A stretch of DNA of 64,000 nucleotides. Origin: Candidatus Woesearchaeota archaeon. Lineage in GTDB: Archaea > Nanobdellota > Nanobdellia > SCGC-AAA011-G17 > UBA489. The position numbers and the translations under genes are program-made. Positions 63,454-64,000 of the stretch are shown one piece after another. Within the stretch, counting starts at the first letter, position 1; every line of letters begins with the position of its first letter. Under the pieces are notes generated by a model, which saw only the letters and a program-made list of their open reading frames with translations, was not told where the DNA came from and searched no databases. Location of the stretch: positions 34,953 to 98,952 of the forward strand of contig CAYFOE010000002.1 of the NCBI GenBank assembly GCA_964344635.1, read 5' to 3'.

Positions 63454-63990
63454 TTACATTGGTTTTTTGTTGGCCCATATTTCAAAATCATCCCAATACA
63501 TTTGAAGAGTCTTGCCGTTATCCTTCATGTAATTCAAAAGATCGTCAGAGGTATAAAGTTTCATTGGGTTAAACCTGTTGAATCCATCTGGACAAGGATC
63601 GTCAGGATGGTGTGTGTATCCTGTAACGTCAAAGATTGTTACTTTTTTTCCGGATTCGTCTGTAACTTCAAAGACAAATCTTCCAGTCTCTTCATCGCCT
63701 TCAACTAGATAGGTTTCAATTGTAATCCATTGATTGATTGGGACAACATAATCTTCATTTTCTTCTCTCCAGATGTCATTCCATCTTCCTTTTTCTTTTG
63801 TTTGTGCGTGTGTTCCGAAATGTAATTCGTCTTCACTCTTAACTAGCTTCCTCAGGTTTAGTGTTACCCTAAATGGATATTTTTTGCCTGTTGCATCGTT
63901 CCAAAATTCTTGGATTGTTAGCCAATTCACTTTTAGTGGATATGATTTCACTTGTTCAAAATCGTCTGTCAAAAATAATCTCTGTTTCAT
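63454..63990 (-). CDS. hypothetical cytoplasmic protein, possibly a ConA-like/lyase-type jelly-roll
   Basis: 178 aa, no signal peptide. C-terminus KLYTSDDLLNYMKDNGKTLQMYWDDFEIW loosely resembles the C-terminal jelly-roll of 13986..15200. Confidence 0.25.
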   Translation of the reverse strand: MKQRLFLTDDFEQVKSYPLKVNWLTIQEFWNDATGKKYPFRVTLNLRKLVKSEDELHFGTHAQTKEKGRWNDIWREENEDYVVPINQWITIETYLVEGDEETGRFVFEVTDESGKKVTIFDVTGYTHHPDDPCPDGFNRFNPMKLYTSDDLLNYMKDNGKTLQMYWDDFEIWANKKPM

Positions 63991-64000
63991 ATAAAATGAT

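Noticed and set aside
1-64000. CRISPR arrays, IS elements/transposases, integrases, restriction-modification genes
   Set aside because: I searched by eye for regularly spaced direct repeats and for transposase (DDE/HTH) or integrase-like ORFs. None were found. The only tandem-like DNA is short coding low-complexity (for example GCT/GCA runs encoding poly-Ala in 25199..26260).

Overview
The window is AT-rich (roughly one-third GC by eye), densely packed and mostly small-gene chromosomal DNA. It looks archaeal and probably DPANN-like. Supporting markers are diphthine synthase Dph5, a Dph6-family domain, the KH/beta-CASP ribonuclease aCPSF1, a proteasome beta subunit, RtcB with archease, DUF361-type class III (prepilin-like) signal peptides, tRNAs without encoded CCA, an A1:U72 initiator tRNA, and TATA-like elements about 25-30 nt upstream of leaderless starts. 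Housekeeping genes include rlmH (truncated by the window edge), thrS, nth, dph5, dus, rnhB, a GGPP-type prenyl synthase, smc, rtcB/archease, sod, a peroxiredoxin, carbamate kinase/OTC, trxB, a Glu/Leu-type dehydrogenase, an aminotransferase, aCPSF1 and psmB. There are four tRNA genes. The accessory content is a large cell-surface complement: a seven-gene minus-strand operon headed by a 2225-aa LamG-containing giant protein, two pilin-like LamG/jelly-roll adhesins, and several signal-peptide/TM-anchored paralogs. Two items stand out. The first is a 685-aa fusion of an AsnB-type glutamine amidotransferase/asparagine synthetase with a Dph6-type diphthine-ammonia ligase domain, sitting about 2 kb from dph5 with a radical-SAM-like gene between them. 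The second is an intact GGDEF diguanylate-cyclase gene, GC-richer than its surroundings and flanked by two tRNA genes. GGDEF domains are essentially absent from archaea as far as I know, so this looks horizontally acquired. Other notable items are a solo Cas4/RecB-like nuclease, a split purple-acid-phosphatase-like gene, a ferredoxin-VIT-ferredoxin cluster, and an uncharacterised gene embedded in the rtcB-archease operon. No CRISPR array, transposase or integrase was recognised. Coordinates derived by hand (tRNAs, trimmed starts, small ORFs) may be off by 1-2 nt.
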